Positions 17,271 through 26,414 of a stretch of DNA of 64,000 nt are shown here, one piece after another. The stretch is from the sequence record ON287372.1, one strand, 5' to 3'. Positions within the stretch are counted from its first letter, which is position 1, and each line of letters opens with the position of its first letter. The position numbers and the translations under genes were made by a program. Under the pieces are notes generated by a model that saw nothing but the letters and a program-made list of their open reading frames with translations, did no database searches and was not told the origin of the DNA.

Positions 17271-17837
17271 TTAGCAGATGCCAAACATTGCTTCGAATGC
17301 TTTCTTAGGAAAATTAAGAGGGCGAGTATCCTTTGCCTTCATCTTTTCAAAAGGAGAAATATAGCAAGTTGCGACTAAACTCTGATCACCACACTCCATT
17401 GCGATAAACAATACGTTGTCACTCCGATAGCCATAGACATCAAAGATGGCGTCCTTAGACTTTGCCGCCTTACCCGCCAGGTATTTGTACCCTGGGAATA
17501 AATCCTCCACAGCACGACCGAATTCCTTATCCATTTTCAGGTTAGGTATTTCGCGATACTCCCCTTCGGTAATACGGCGATTAACCAAACACAGTCGACG
17601 GTTAGGTTCCATCATCTGACGAGGCGTGTGCATAAAGAGCTCATGAACGACGTGGGTCAATTGACTAACGTTGGTGTCGTAAAGCTCACAAAGTGGCTTC
17701 AGCGTACTGCACAGTCGTAAATGCTCCATGAACAGAATCGGGTTGAGTTTAATCGTATCCTTCAACCGTTCACGATCTTCATTTACTTTCCTTTTCTCTG
17801 TGCCCGGTTCTCCTGGGCGGCGAGTGGTGACTGCCAT
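17271..17837 (-). CDS. Hypothetical protein
   Basis: 188-aa ORF overlapping the upstream gene by 55 nt; followed by the adaptor gene. Confidence 0.7.
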   Translation of the reverse strand: MAVTTRRPGEPGTEKRKVNEDRERLKDTIKLNPILFMEHLRLCSTLKPLCELYDTNVSQLTHVVHELFMHTPRQMMEPNRRLCLVNRRITEGEYREIPNLKMDKEFGRAVEDLFPGYKYLAGKAAKSKDAIFDVYGYRSDNVLFIAMECGDQSLVATCYISPFEKMKAKDTRPLNFPKKAFEAMFGIC

Positions 17838-18208
17838 TGTGGTTCTCCGCGATCAATAAAGAGTATCCCTTCCTTTTCACATAATTTTCGAAGGGGTCTT
17901 TTCAGCAAGTGACGATGGCAGAACTTACCGTGCGCGCAGAAACAGGCTAAACAAATCCGTCGTTGATTTATTAACCAGAGGAAGGGTTCTGGATCTTTCT
18001 TAAACCGTTGCCTCAATAACTTATAATAGATCTCTCCATATTCCCTGGAGTTAATTAAACCTTGTTTATACGGGTAGAGCAGCTCTGCCGATGGTGCAAA
18101 AATCTTATCGCCTGTTTTCAGGGTTATGTCATAGAAGAGGACGTCGCTGTTATGCCACTCTCTCCAATCCGGTACTCGGCCAGTAAAAACTTCCAATATC
18201 TGAGTCAT
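17783..18208 (-). CDS. DUF488/YeaO-like protein
   Basis: FAPSAELL and ICLACFCAHGKFCHRHLL motifs; AGGAGG RBS. Confidence 0.7.
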   Translation of the reverse strand: MTQILEVFTGRVPDWREWHNSDVLFYDITLKTGDKIFAPSAELLYPYKQGLINSREYGEIYYKLLRQRFKKDPEPFLWLINQRRICLACFCAHGKFCHRHLLKRPLRKLCEKEGILFIDRGEPQWQSPLAAQENRAQRKGK

Positions 18209-18431
18209 TAAAATTCCTCCTATATTGATTCAAACGATTGTAAAAAAAGACAAAAAAAGAAAGAAGCAAAAAAAAAATGAGAGGCGCCCAATCCATGGGC
18301 AACCTCTCCGGTATCGTGAGATACCTTAACGTACTTCCGACTTTTCTCCAAATATTGCTGACTGAGACTACTCACTCAGGAATACTCGAAAATAGAGAGG
18401 AGGGTTTTACCCCTCCTCGCCAGTCGATTAC

Positions 18432-19001
18432 TTAACTTGCTTTTTTGGCTTTATCAGCAGCGTGCGCTGCGTCCAGCCATTCTGCGTCAGTCAGACCAGC
18501 GGCGGCAGCCACTTGACGATTGATGACTTCAGTCAGATCCGGATCGTTACGAGTTACGGCGAAGTGAATCGCGCGCAGGTATGCCAGCCAGAGATCGGTT
18601 TCCAGGAAACGATATTGAGCATCTTCCAGCTCTACGGTTACCGAGTAGATCTCGCCGTATTCGACATCGGCTTGTTTGGTGAAGGTTGCGTTACAATCAC
18701 CAGCCAGATCGGCGGCCAGCTCTTTGCGCAGCGCATGACCGGCCGGCGGTTCAACGCCCAGGCCGAGGAACAGAGAGTGGGTCAGCATCAGTTTCGAGAT
18801 GCGATCGACGTAAGCTTGATGTTTGGCGCGATTGGTTTTGCGGGTGGCAGGAGTGGCATCGGTTTCGATGATTTCCGGATAGGATTGATCGATTGCGATG
18901 AAGCCTTCGATGTCAACAGAACCCAGTAGGTTCTGGCGGACATCTTTGCCCAGGTTGCGTGCCATATCGATTGCGGATTCGATAGTGTTGTTAGTCGTCA
19001 T
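18432..19001 (-). CDS. Hypothetical protein with highly biased codon usage
   Basis: GAGG RBS; codons typical of highly expressed enterobacterial genes (CTG, CGC, GAA). Confidence 0.8.
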   Translation of the reverse strand: MTTNNTIESAIDMARNLGKDVRQNLLGSVDIEGFIAIDQSYPEIIETDATPATRKTNRAKHQAYVDRISKLMLTHSLFLGLGVEPPAGHALRKELAADLAGDCNATFTKQADVEYGEIYSVTVELEDAQYRFLETDLWLAYLRAIHFAVTRNDPDLTEVINRQVAAAAGLTDAEWLDAAHAADKAKKAS

Positions 19002-19082
19002 GACTTGTTAGACCTCAGTCTTTTGTTTCAGGAGAAATAATAGGAGGACAACTGTCCTCCTCAGTTAAGCTGACTGGTTCGA

Positions 19083-19538
19083 TTAATCGAACAGACCGGT
19101 GCGGGTTTTCTCAGTCAGCGCCTGGCGGACAGCGGTGTGATCTTCGTGTTCTTTACGGCGATAGACCGTAGTGATCGAAGGATCTTTCATCGAGCCGTCT
19201 TGTTTGCGGCCGGTTGGCGCAGTGTAGTTGAATGCCATCTGAGTATTGCCAGTGGCGACAACGCCGGCGACGCGCTTGATCTCTTTGTTGCCTTTGATGG
19301 CATCGATCGCTTGTTCGCCGCCTGCCAGCATCAGGGAGGTCGCGAATTCGCTTTCGTAGTTTTGTACCGCTGCGAAGTGGGCCTTCACTTCTTTTGGCGC
19401 GTTGTCCAGGAAGACATTTTCGCCCAGGGTCATCACGCCATGTTCGCTGATTTCCATGTTCTCTTTCAGCTTGTCAGCCAAGCTACGGATTTCAGCAGAG
19501 ATCACCAGGGTAGTTTCTTTAGCTTTAACATCGGACAT
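19083..19538 (-). CDS. Hypothetical protein, probably early and abundant
   Basis: GGAG RBS; downstream of the TATATCAC motif; biased codons. Confidence 0.8.
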   Translation of the reverse strand: MSDVKAKETTLVISAEIRSLADKLKENMEISEHGVMTLGENVFLDNAPKEVKAHFAAVQNYESEFATSLMLAGGEQAIDAIKGNKEIKRVAGVVATGNTQMAFNYTAPTGRKQDGSMKDPSITTVYRRKEHEDHTAVRQALTEKTRTGLFD

Positions 19539-19621
19539 TTTAGAACTCCATATATGGATTATCGATCGAAAGAATAGTTGAAAAAGCAGATAACAAAGTG
19601 CACTCTATTATCTGCTTGCAA

Positions 19622-19636
19622 AGTAGTGATATATAC
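19622..19636 (-). promoter_or_regulatory. Putative early (virion RNAP) promoter GTATATATCACTACT
   Basis: Exact 15-bp copy at 59107-59121; resembles the phiKZ early TATTAC motif; intergenic and upstream of a gene. Confidence 0.6.
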
Positions 19637-19652
19637 TTGAAATTATTTTGAT

Positions 19653-20438
19653 TTAGTCTTGCAGGCAGAGCATCATGTAGGTGCTGAAGAATTCGTCGGT
19701 TCCTGTACGAATATCCACACCTCCGTTATGAGTCCGGTCAGTAGCTGCGGCTACGGTTTTGTAATGCCCATGGAAGATACGAGCATCGGCCGCCAGCGGG
19801 CCGTAGATGATTTCAAACAGCGCATGGGTGTAACGGTTAATGTACGCATTAACATCGTTTTCCTGATGCACGTATCCGCCAATAGCTTTAACCCAGGCTT
19901 CACGGAATACCGTTTGATCCTGGTAGTTAGAAACTGCATCCGGCGTTTTGTTGCGCAGATAGTTGAAGACGTTGGTCGAAACAGATTCGATCATGAAGTC
20001 GCGCTTAGGCTCACTGGCTTCGCTATATGCGATCACTACAGAGTTGCTGTACTTATTTACCATCACGTTGGTAGTTTGCAGCGCTTCGGTAGGATTCAAA
20101 TTCTGGGTACGCTTCAGTGCGGCACCGACAGCGATACGCAGATCAATCAAGTTGTCCAGGTTCAACAACTTTGGATTCAGGGAAAGGATAACTGCACCTT
20201 CACCATCTTCATCCAGCAGGTAATAGTTAATATCGCCATTTGCAACGATGCGGACTTTAGGATCCGTATTGAATCCTTCATCAGTCAACGCGTTGATCAT
20301 GGAGACGTAATTGTAAGAGTCTCCCAGGACTTCTTCTACCACTTGCTTAACTGAGTTAGCGAGGGCGACTTTCTTCTGAGAGTTGTTCAGACCTGAACGA
20401 GGGTCGTTGAGAGTCTGAATCATTTTGTTCTCGGTCAT
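19653..20438 (-). CDS. Hypothetical protein
   Basis: 261-aa ORF with consistent codon usage. Confidence 0.8.
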   Translation of the reverse strand: MTENKMIQTLNDPRSGLNNSQKKVALANSVKQVVEEVLGDSYNYVSMINALTDEGFNTDPKVRIVANGDINYYLLDEDGEGAVILSLNPKLLNLDNLIDLRIAVGAALKRTQNLNPTEALQTTNVMVNKYSNSVVIAYSEASEPKRDFMIESVSTNVFNYLRNKTPDAVSNYQDQTVFREAWVKAIGGYVHQENDVNAYINRYTHALFEIIYGPLAADARIFHGHYKTVAAATDRTHNGGVDIRTGTDEFFSTYMMLCLQD

Positions 20439-20522
20439 CGTTTTGTCCAGCCTTTTTTAGGGGTTCCACATATCAGTGGATCAACTGTAAAAAATAAGAG
20501 AGGGACCGAAGCCCCTCTCCTG

Positions 20523-21218
20523 TTATACACTAGGGTTAGTTCCGGAGGTGAGCCACCCAGCGCCCAGGGAGTTCAATGAACCGCCTCTGGAAACGTAAAC
20601 CTCTAATGCTGCTCGGTTACAATACAAAGTATCGCGAACTTCGACTGCATCGGTAGCATCTAAGATAACTTTGTTACCCCAGACGATATTAGGATTACGT
20701 ACTAGTGCTTGTCGCATCGTGTATCCAACGATCTCACGAGTCGACATTAACTCTTTATAACGGAAACGTGATTCGTTATCCTTTTTACTTTCCAGTTCCT
20801 TAGCAAACATCTCTGCTAAGTAATAAGCCAACCAGAGCTCGTAGGTGGCGAGCACACTCGTAGACATCTGGTTATCTATCCTTGGACGTAACATCCCCGC
20901 AGCGAGCGTTGTAACGCCGTAGAACACGTTACCGATCGTTGAGTTGACTGAGTTATCCGGAAGTTCGGTAATTGCCTTACGTACCAGTACCGGATCGCCG
21001 AATGTATTCAGGGAAACTAAATAGTCAGCCAGCTTAGTACGGATATCCACTTCTCGGTATTGGATTACCCAAGAAATAATCGGGATTGATTTCCAAGGTT
21101 TATTTTCCCCTACGAAATCAACGGTACGTGGAGTTTTAGTCCACGGTGCTGCTGGGTTAACAGCTTGAATAACGCACGGTAAAGTAGGGTCGTCGTAAAT
21201 ACCTGCTTCAATGGCCAT
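20523..21218 (-). CDS. Hypothetical protein
   Basis: 231-aa ORF flanked by terminator-like hairpins; TAAGGA RBS. Confidence 0.8.
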   Translation of the reverse strand: MAIEAGIYDDPTLPCVIQAVNPAAPWTKTPRTVDFVGENKPWKSIPIISWVIQYREVDIRTKLADYLVSLNTFGDPVLVRKAITELPDNSVNSTIGNVFYGVTTLAAGMLRPRIDNQMSTSVLATYELWLAYYLAEMFAKELESKKDNESRFRYKELMSTREIVGYTMRQALVRNPNIVWGNKVILDATDAVEVRDTLYCNRAALEVYVSRGGSLNSLGAGWLTSGTNPSV

Positions 21219-21319
21219 GTAGAATGTTCCTTAGTAATGGGGAGCTAGGCTCTATATAATTTGCCGAAAATGAAAACAAAAAGAGAGAGGCACGAAGCCT
21301 CTCTCCCTATTTTGTACTA

Positions 21320-22069
21320 TTACCAACGAGTGATGGCACTCGAGTGATTACGCACGTACTCTTTACGATCAATCGCACGGATAGCGGCAACGGTTTGTCC
21401 CAAGGAACTTTCCAGTGCAACTTCTTTTTCCGTGTCATCAACCATAGTACGAATAATCTCTGGGAATACCGCGGCCAGATCCATAGACTCGCAAGAAGGC
21501 GCATTGTATTTGGTTGCTACCGAGATGCCCGGTTCGTTAACCACGTCGAAGGTGATTACGTTGTCCAGGTACTTACGGCGCTTACCTCCTACGATACGAT
21601 CCGTTGCCATGGAACGAATACTGAAGGCCAGGTTTTCATCTGGGTTCTGCAGGATGCGTTCTACGACGGCTGCGTTTGGGCCGGTTGGGGTAACTTCACC
21701 GATAATCGCAGTAACGATCTGACCGTCCGGTAGACGGTAGCCAGGAACGATAGTCACTTTACGAATATGGATAGCCCAGTTACCTTCATCGATGGTGTGG
21801 ATGCGTTCCACGTATTGGCGATAGTCGCGACAGTTGTATTCTTTCGGGTGACCTAATTCACCACGAAGGAAACCCTGCACGATACGGCGCTGGAAAATAC
21901 TACCGGGTTCAAAGAACCGCATAGCACGATCCATATCGTAGACGGCACCAATACTATTCGGGAACTCCAGAGCACCAAGAATAACTTCGATGTAGTTATT
22001 ATCCAGGCGCTTGATGTTCCCTACCTTGTTTACCCCTTTCAAGGCAGTTACTTCAAATACAGATCCCAT
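21320..22069 (-). CDS. Prohead maturation protease (phiKZ gp175-like)
   Basis: LRGELGHP (His), AFSIRS (Ser) and TFDVVNEPG (Asp) motifs; synteny with the vRNAP cluster. Confidence 0.9.
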   Translation of the reverse strand: MGSVFEVTALKGVNKVGNIKRLDNNYIEVILGALEFPNSIGAVYDMDRAMRFFEPGSIFQRRIVQGFLRGELGHPKEYNCRDYRQYVERIHTIDEGNWAIHIRKVTIVPGYRLPDGQIVTAIIGEVTPTGPNAAVVERILQNPDENLAFSIRSMATDRIVGGKRRKYLDNVITFDVVNEPGISVATKYNAPSCESMDLAAVFPEIIRTMVDDTEKEVALESSLGQTVAAIRAIDRKEYVRNHSSAITRW

Positions 22070-22076
22070 GATTTCT

Positions 22077-22790
22077 TCACCAGCGCTTTATAAATGAATT
22101 AATGTCATAGGAAAGTAGATGAGCCTTGGACTGCTTGGAGACATTGAATTTCTCTGGTGCAAGTTTCTCAACCACGAGATCTTCTCTTCGGAACTTTTCC
22201 TCGAAGTACGAGTTCAGGTTCGGAATAATCACTCTCCAATACCCAGGATACAGTGTCAGGTGCCGGTCGAAAATCATCGGGCCTTTTTCCACATGTAAAT
22301 AGATCTCTGGGATAATGGTTTTGTCTTCCGTTAACATAACGTCGTTAATGAAGAACTTACCAACAGCCGTAGGGATGTAAGGTTGACTCGGCCCCTCGTA
22401 AGGGACTAACCATCTTTCCTCACACCACTTCGAGATAGGCGCCATACGCGGACTAGGCTTTAAGGCGATCTCGGCCGGGATGGAATAGATGGTGTAGCCA
22501 CCTAACCAATCATCGTCACCAGCACAAGTGGCTTCTTTTTTAAGGAAGTCGTTAATCGCCACGGCATAGCCGCGCAGGCAATCCAGTAAACCGACCCCCG
22601 TGCAAACACGAGGGACGTATTCATCTTCTCCCTTCATCGTCCGTTGAATTGGACGAGGGATGAACTCTCGAATAGTCGGGTTAGGTGAAATGTGTAACAG
22701 TACTGGATTACTGCGATCAATCTCCAACCCTTCGATAACGTAAGGCGGAAACTTTAACAAGTAATCCATTAACCCGAGTTCGGCGTCCAT
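22077..22790 (-). CDS. Hypothetical protein in the vRNAP/protease operon
   Basis: 237-aa ORF tightly coupled to both neighbours. Confidence 0.75.
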   Translation of the reverse strand: MDAELGLMDYLLKFPPYVIEGLEIDRSNPVLLHISPNPTIREFIPRPIQRTMKGEDEYVPRVCTGVGLLDCLRGYAVAINDFLKKEATCAGDDDWLGGYTIYSIPAEIALKPSPRMAPISKWCEERWLVPYEGPSQPYIPTAVGKFFINDVMLTEDKTIIPEIYLHVEKGPMIFDRHLTLYPGYWRVIIPNLNSYFEEKFRREDLVVEKLAPEKFNVSKQSKAHLLSYDINSFIKRW

Positions 22791-22792
22791 GG

Positions 22793-23518
22793 TTAGGTCC
22801 TCAGAATTGCTTCGATAGGTTGAATAACCGTGTTAGGGTTAACGATAGCAGAGTCCAGACCATCTGCGGTATAACTACCGGAGATCTTGGTCGTTGTATC
22901 TGTAGAACCATCCACCACGTTTCGCAGCGGGATCCATGAGTAAGGAATCGTGTAAACATCCGAGTACTTCTTCACGTTTTCACGCAAAGGTAAACGGCGG
23001 TTACTATCCTGACGCGCGATTTGTGCAACGATCATCTCGCCGATAGACGGCGTAGCGACCAGGTGCGTCCCGGTATAGTACGGGGACAAAGTAAAGAACT
23101 TCGACAGATCAGTGTACGACATGAACCAAGGAATACGTCCACGTGCCAATACTTCTTCAAAGAGATAATAGAGCAAGGTGTTGTCTTTGAGCAGATCCAA
23201 CGAGGCGAATACAACTTGCCCCGGATTGTACGTCAGCTCGTAGTACGACACTCCCTTAATCTCGACTGTCTTAATCGAAGCAGGTTTGGTACGGAACATA
23301 CTCGGCGTGGTGGTAACTGCGTAACTGCCATCAGGGTTGATCATTGCAAAGAAGCCAATGATGAGGGTTTCGATACCCATCGAAATCAGCTTCTTAGAAC
23401 GAAACGACTCTTGAATCTGAATACGGCAGCCGGTCTTAGTGACCAGGCTGCCTTGTTTAGTTTCTTCGAGTGTAGCCTTGACAGCATCTGCATTACGCTT
23501 AAATGCAGAGATATCCAT
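22793..23518 (-). CDS. Virion RNA polymerase beta' C-terminal subunit (phiKZ gp176-like)
   Basis: C-terminal DTTTKISGSYTADGLDSAIVNP resembles beta' region H; position just upstream of the protease. Confidence 0.7.
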   Translation of the reverse strand: MDISAFKRNADAVKATLEETKQGSLVTKTGCRIQIQESFRSKKLISMGIETLIIGFFAMINPDGSYAVTTTPSMFRTKPASIKTVEIKGVSYYELTYNPGQVVFASLDLLKDNTLLYYLFEEVLARGRIPWFMSYTDLSKFFTLSPYYTGTHLVATPSIGEMIVAQIARQDSNRRLPLRENVKKYSDVYTIPYSWIPLRNVVDGSTDTTTKISGSYTADGLDSAIVNPNTVIQPIEAILRT

Positions 23519-23527
23519 CGGGGCTCC

Positions 23528-25009
23528 TTATGGTGCGATATCGAACTGACCGACCAGCCATTTAGCCAGATATACTACAGCCGCGCGATACGCAGCGTAT
23601 TCAGGCTTGTCTTCACCGCTCTCGATGTCAGCTTCGATGATATCGATGATGCTACGAGTGTCGATGAAATTGAAGATACCCACGGTGGCGATGTTCTTAA
23701 CCAGGTAGAACAGGTTAGGTACGCCGTCCATGTCCCAATCGCCGTAAGCGTTCAGGCCTGTGGTATTCAGGTTGTTGATAATGGCAGTTACCTTAGCAGT
23801 ACGGTCAAAACCGTCTGGCAAGTAATCGTTAGGCAGTGCTTGGAGCTTCTGCTCAACGACCGGGCCGATGATAGTTTTCAGGCGAGTGAAGAACCCTTTC
23901 TCGACGTGATCGGTACGAGATTTGTCCAGGCGCTCCCACAGACCTTGGTAGAACTTCGCATTAGCGATGAAAGACGGCAGGTCGAGTTTAGCGCCACGAG
24001 GATCCATCATGCCGCCGATGATAACTTCAGGAGTAATGCCCTGAGCCAGCGCATTGGAGTAAACGATTTCGTTCACCAGGATACGCGCTTTGTTAGCATC
24101 GGTAACGATACCGCGTTGGTCAGCCCAACGGATTACCAGGCGTTGACGCTGTACATCGTCGGTGAAGTTTTTCACGACGAAGTTGATCTGCTGCCCCAGG
24201 CTCAGTTTCATACCGTTGATGGTATTTTTGTACTGATCCAGAGACATGCCGGTACCTGGGATAACATTATCCAGGAAGGTATCGATCAGGAAGTAACCCA
24301 CGATCGCCAGATCGGTGAAGCCAGGGTTGGTCAGAGAGATACGGTAGCCGTCGCCACTCTTCACTACCATGTTGTAGATAGCGCGAGAGGTTTCATCGTT
24401 GGCTTGGTTGAACACGCCACGGAAGAATGCATCGTACATCTCAACAACGCGTTGAGTGCCGTATTTAGCAATAGTCGCTGCCATTGCATCATCCAGGTCA
24501 GGTAACCCGGTACGCAGGCAGTTGATGAGCTCAGCATCAGTCTTAGCCGCACCTTCTTTAATCAGACGCGGGAAAGTCATGGTGCTGGTCATTTTACCGA
24601 ACAGTTCACTAACGACTGGCAGAGTAGTCAGATCGCCCAGACCAACCGGAACGATTTCGTACTCCAGCGGTTCAGCTTCCTGAACTTTGTCCATCAGCGT
24701 AGCAGACGTTTCACTGATGAAAGGTACAACGACTTCGCGGACGTATTTGATCTGGCGAACCAGAGCAGGGCCAACGGTAGCGACCACGTCGGTGATAGCT
24801 GCGTCGTGCATGTCGTAGCCATCAGCTTCACGAGCAGAGGCAACAATCATGTCTTGAGCGAAAGACTCCAGTGAAGGAGCTTCGGTCTGAAGAATAGGCG
24901 CCGAGTTAACGACCGCTTCTTCCAGGATAGAGTTTGGACGAGGAGTCACACAAGCACATTCGTTGCTCACGATCATTTGTGCCATTTCTACGGATTTATT
25001 GCTAAGCAT
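23528..25009 (-). CDS. Virion head protein (phiKZ gp177-like position)
   Basis: 493 aa, strongly biased codons, SLE|S possible processing site, synteny. Confidence 0.7.
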   Translation of the reverse strand: MLSNKSVEMAQMIVSNECACVTPRPNSILEEAVVNSAPILQTEAPSLESFAQDMIVASAREADGYDMHDAAITDVVATVGPALVRQIKYVREVVVPFISETSATLMDKVQEAEPLEYEIVPVGLGDLTTLPVVSELFGKMTSTMTFPRLIKEGAAKTDAELINCLRTGLPDLDDAMAATIAKYGTQRVVEMYDAFFRGVFNQANDETSRAIYNMVVKSGDGYRISLTNPGFTDLAIVGYFLIDTFLDNVIPGTGMSLDQYKNTINGMKLSLGQQINFVVKNFTDDVQRQRLVIRWADQRGIVTDANKARILVNEIVYSNALAQGITPEVIIGGMMDPRGAKLDLPSFIANAKFYQGLWERLDKSRTDHVEKGFFTRLKTIIGPVVEQKLQALPNDYLPDGFDRTAKVTAIINNLNTTGLNAYGDWDMDGVPNLFYLVKNIATVGIFNFIDTRSIIDIIEADIESGEDKPEYAAYRAAVVYLAKWLVGQFDIAP

Positions 25010-25194
25010 TACGCGATCCCCTGGTCAATTTTACGAGTACGGATTTCGGCAGCAATCGCAGCAGCCAAATCTTCCTCAATGTTAGCACCATCCGGAACGA
25101 TGAAGTCTTCGCTTTTGGCGCTCTTCAATACACGTTTGCCGGCCTCGAGGATATTCGCCAATGACAGGACGGTTGTGGCCTGATTGTCGTTCAT
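25009..25194 (-). CDS. Small acidic protein
   Basis: 61 aa; stop overlaps the next start; GAAGG RBS. Confidence 0.65.
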   Translation of the reverse strand: MNDNQATTVLSLANILEAGKRVLKSAKSEDFIVPDGANIEEDLAAAIAAEIRTRKIDQGIA

Positions 25195-25262
25195 GTTTTG
25201 AAACCTTCCATCAAAAAGTAAGCTGGGTAGGGGCCCCTACCCAGCGGCTACGTAACTACTGA

Positions 25263-26414
25263 CTACTCTTCGTTGTACGCATTAAGCATCTGAGTCGCAA
25301 TGCTCTGGAGTAAGATGTTAACCATCCCAGACATCATTGCGGAGTTAACGATACGCGCGTTCACCGACTTGTACGAGAACTGGAGATCTACGTCCCATGG
25401 TTTGTCACCGGGGATCACCGGGCCGACCGTGCGGCACTTACCGGAGAACACACCTGAAACCACGGACTTTTTCTGGTTACCCACCACGATCTTGTCCCCG
25501 TCACCCATAGAGCGGTCATGGGTAATGTAGATACGAATCGCCATCATATCAATCTCAATAGAGAGACCGTCCAACCGAGTAGGCGCAAAGATCTGCCCGG
25601 TCTTAGCTTCCGTACCACCTAAGGCTTTAGAGAGCTTAGCTCGTTTGGCATCGTAATAGTCCGCAACTTTACGTAAGGAAGGGGACATGTCCTCTTTCTC
25701 ACCGAAGTAGACTACCTCGACTTTCTCGATATCTCCTACATACTTAGCACGCGGAGCTGGAGAACCCAAACGTTTCAGCGCTTCCAAAGTAGACTCATCG
25801 AACAAATCACTGGATGCAGAAACCTCGTCCTCGATAAACGCCAGGACGCTTTCGTTGTCTACATGCTCACCAACAGACACCAGATTACGGATACCTTGAT
25901 TAAAGTTAACCAGGAGTGTACGGGTGTGGGAAGTCGGTGTATGCAGACGCTTGGACAGTGACTCGGAGATGAGGCTAGCATCTTCGAAGGTTGAGTTGTT
26001 TTCCATCAGAGCGATGTTAGCCAACGTGCCGCTCTTCCAGAGAACTTGGGTAGGGTCACGCCAGTCCCTCTGGAAGAATCCAGGGTGGTAACTAACGATC
26101 TCACCTTCCACTACTCGTTTACCTACTTCGAGCTCAGATACTACGGCATGCGGTACTACGTGACCAGTAACCACACCGAAACGACGACCGAGCTGAATAC
26201 GCTCTTCACCTAAATTCTCATCGTCGTATTTTACGACCATGTAATCAGGGCCTTTCTCCGTGACTACGCCAGGGCCTTTAGCGGCTGTGGCGAAAGTATC
26301 ATCTACACGGTGCGCCATGATCTGTTCGTATCCAGTACGGATAGGAGAAACCATTGCGTCGTTAGATGCGATAACGTGGGATTGCTGAATGCTGATAAAG
26401 CTTACTCGCTTTGG
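25263..26414 (-). CDS. rpoB: Virion RNAP beta subunit, exon 2 (383 aa)
   Basis: Frame open from 26414: PKRVSFISIQQSHVIAS...FEDASLISE...GDKIVVGNQKKSVV, which are beta-subunit motifs. Confidence 0.9.
   Translation of the reverse strand, partial: PKRVSFISIQQSHVIASNDAMVSPIRTGYEQIMAHRVDDTFATAAKGPGVVTEKGPDYMVVKYDDENLGEERIQLGRRFGVVTGHVVPHAVVSELEVGKRVVEGEIVSYHPGFFQRDWRDPTQVLWKSGTLANIALMENNSTFEDASLISESLSKRLHTPTSHTRTLLVNFNQGIRNLVSVGEHVDNESVLAFIEDEVSASSDLFDESTLEALKRLGSPAPRAKYVGDIEKVEVVYFGEKEDMSPSLRKVADYYDAKRAKLSKALGGTEAKTGQIFAPTRLDGLSIEIDMMAIRIYITHDRSMGDGDKIVVGNQKKSVVSGVFSGKCRTVGPVIPGDKPWDVDLQFSYKSVNARIVNSAMMSGMVNILLQSIATQMLNAYNEE

Noticed and set aside
23021-24505. 494-aa plus-strand ORF
   Set aside because: Antisense shadow of strongly codon-biased minus-strand genes; no RBS or motif. 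The same applies to 344..1054, 15697..16266, 19659..20354 and 58277..59005.
25263-26354. 363-aa ORF as an independent RNAP subunit
   Set aside because: The frame extends 20 codons upstream to the intron 3' splice site and has no clear RBS; it is exon 2.
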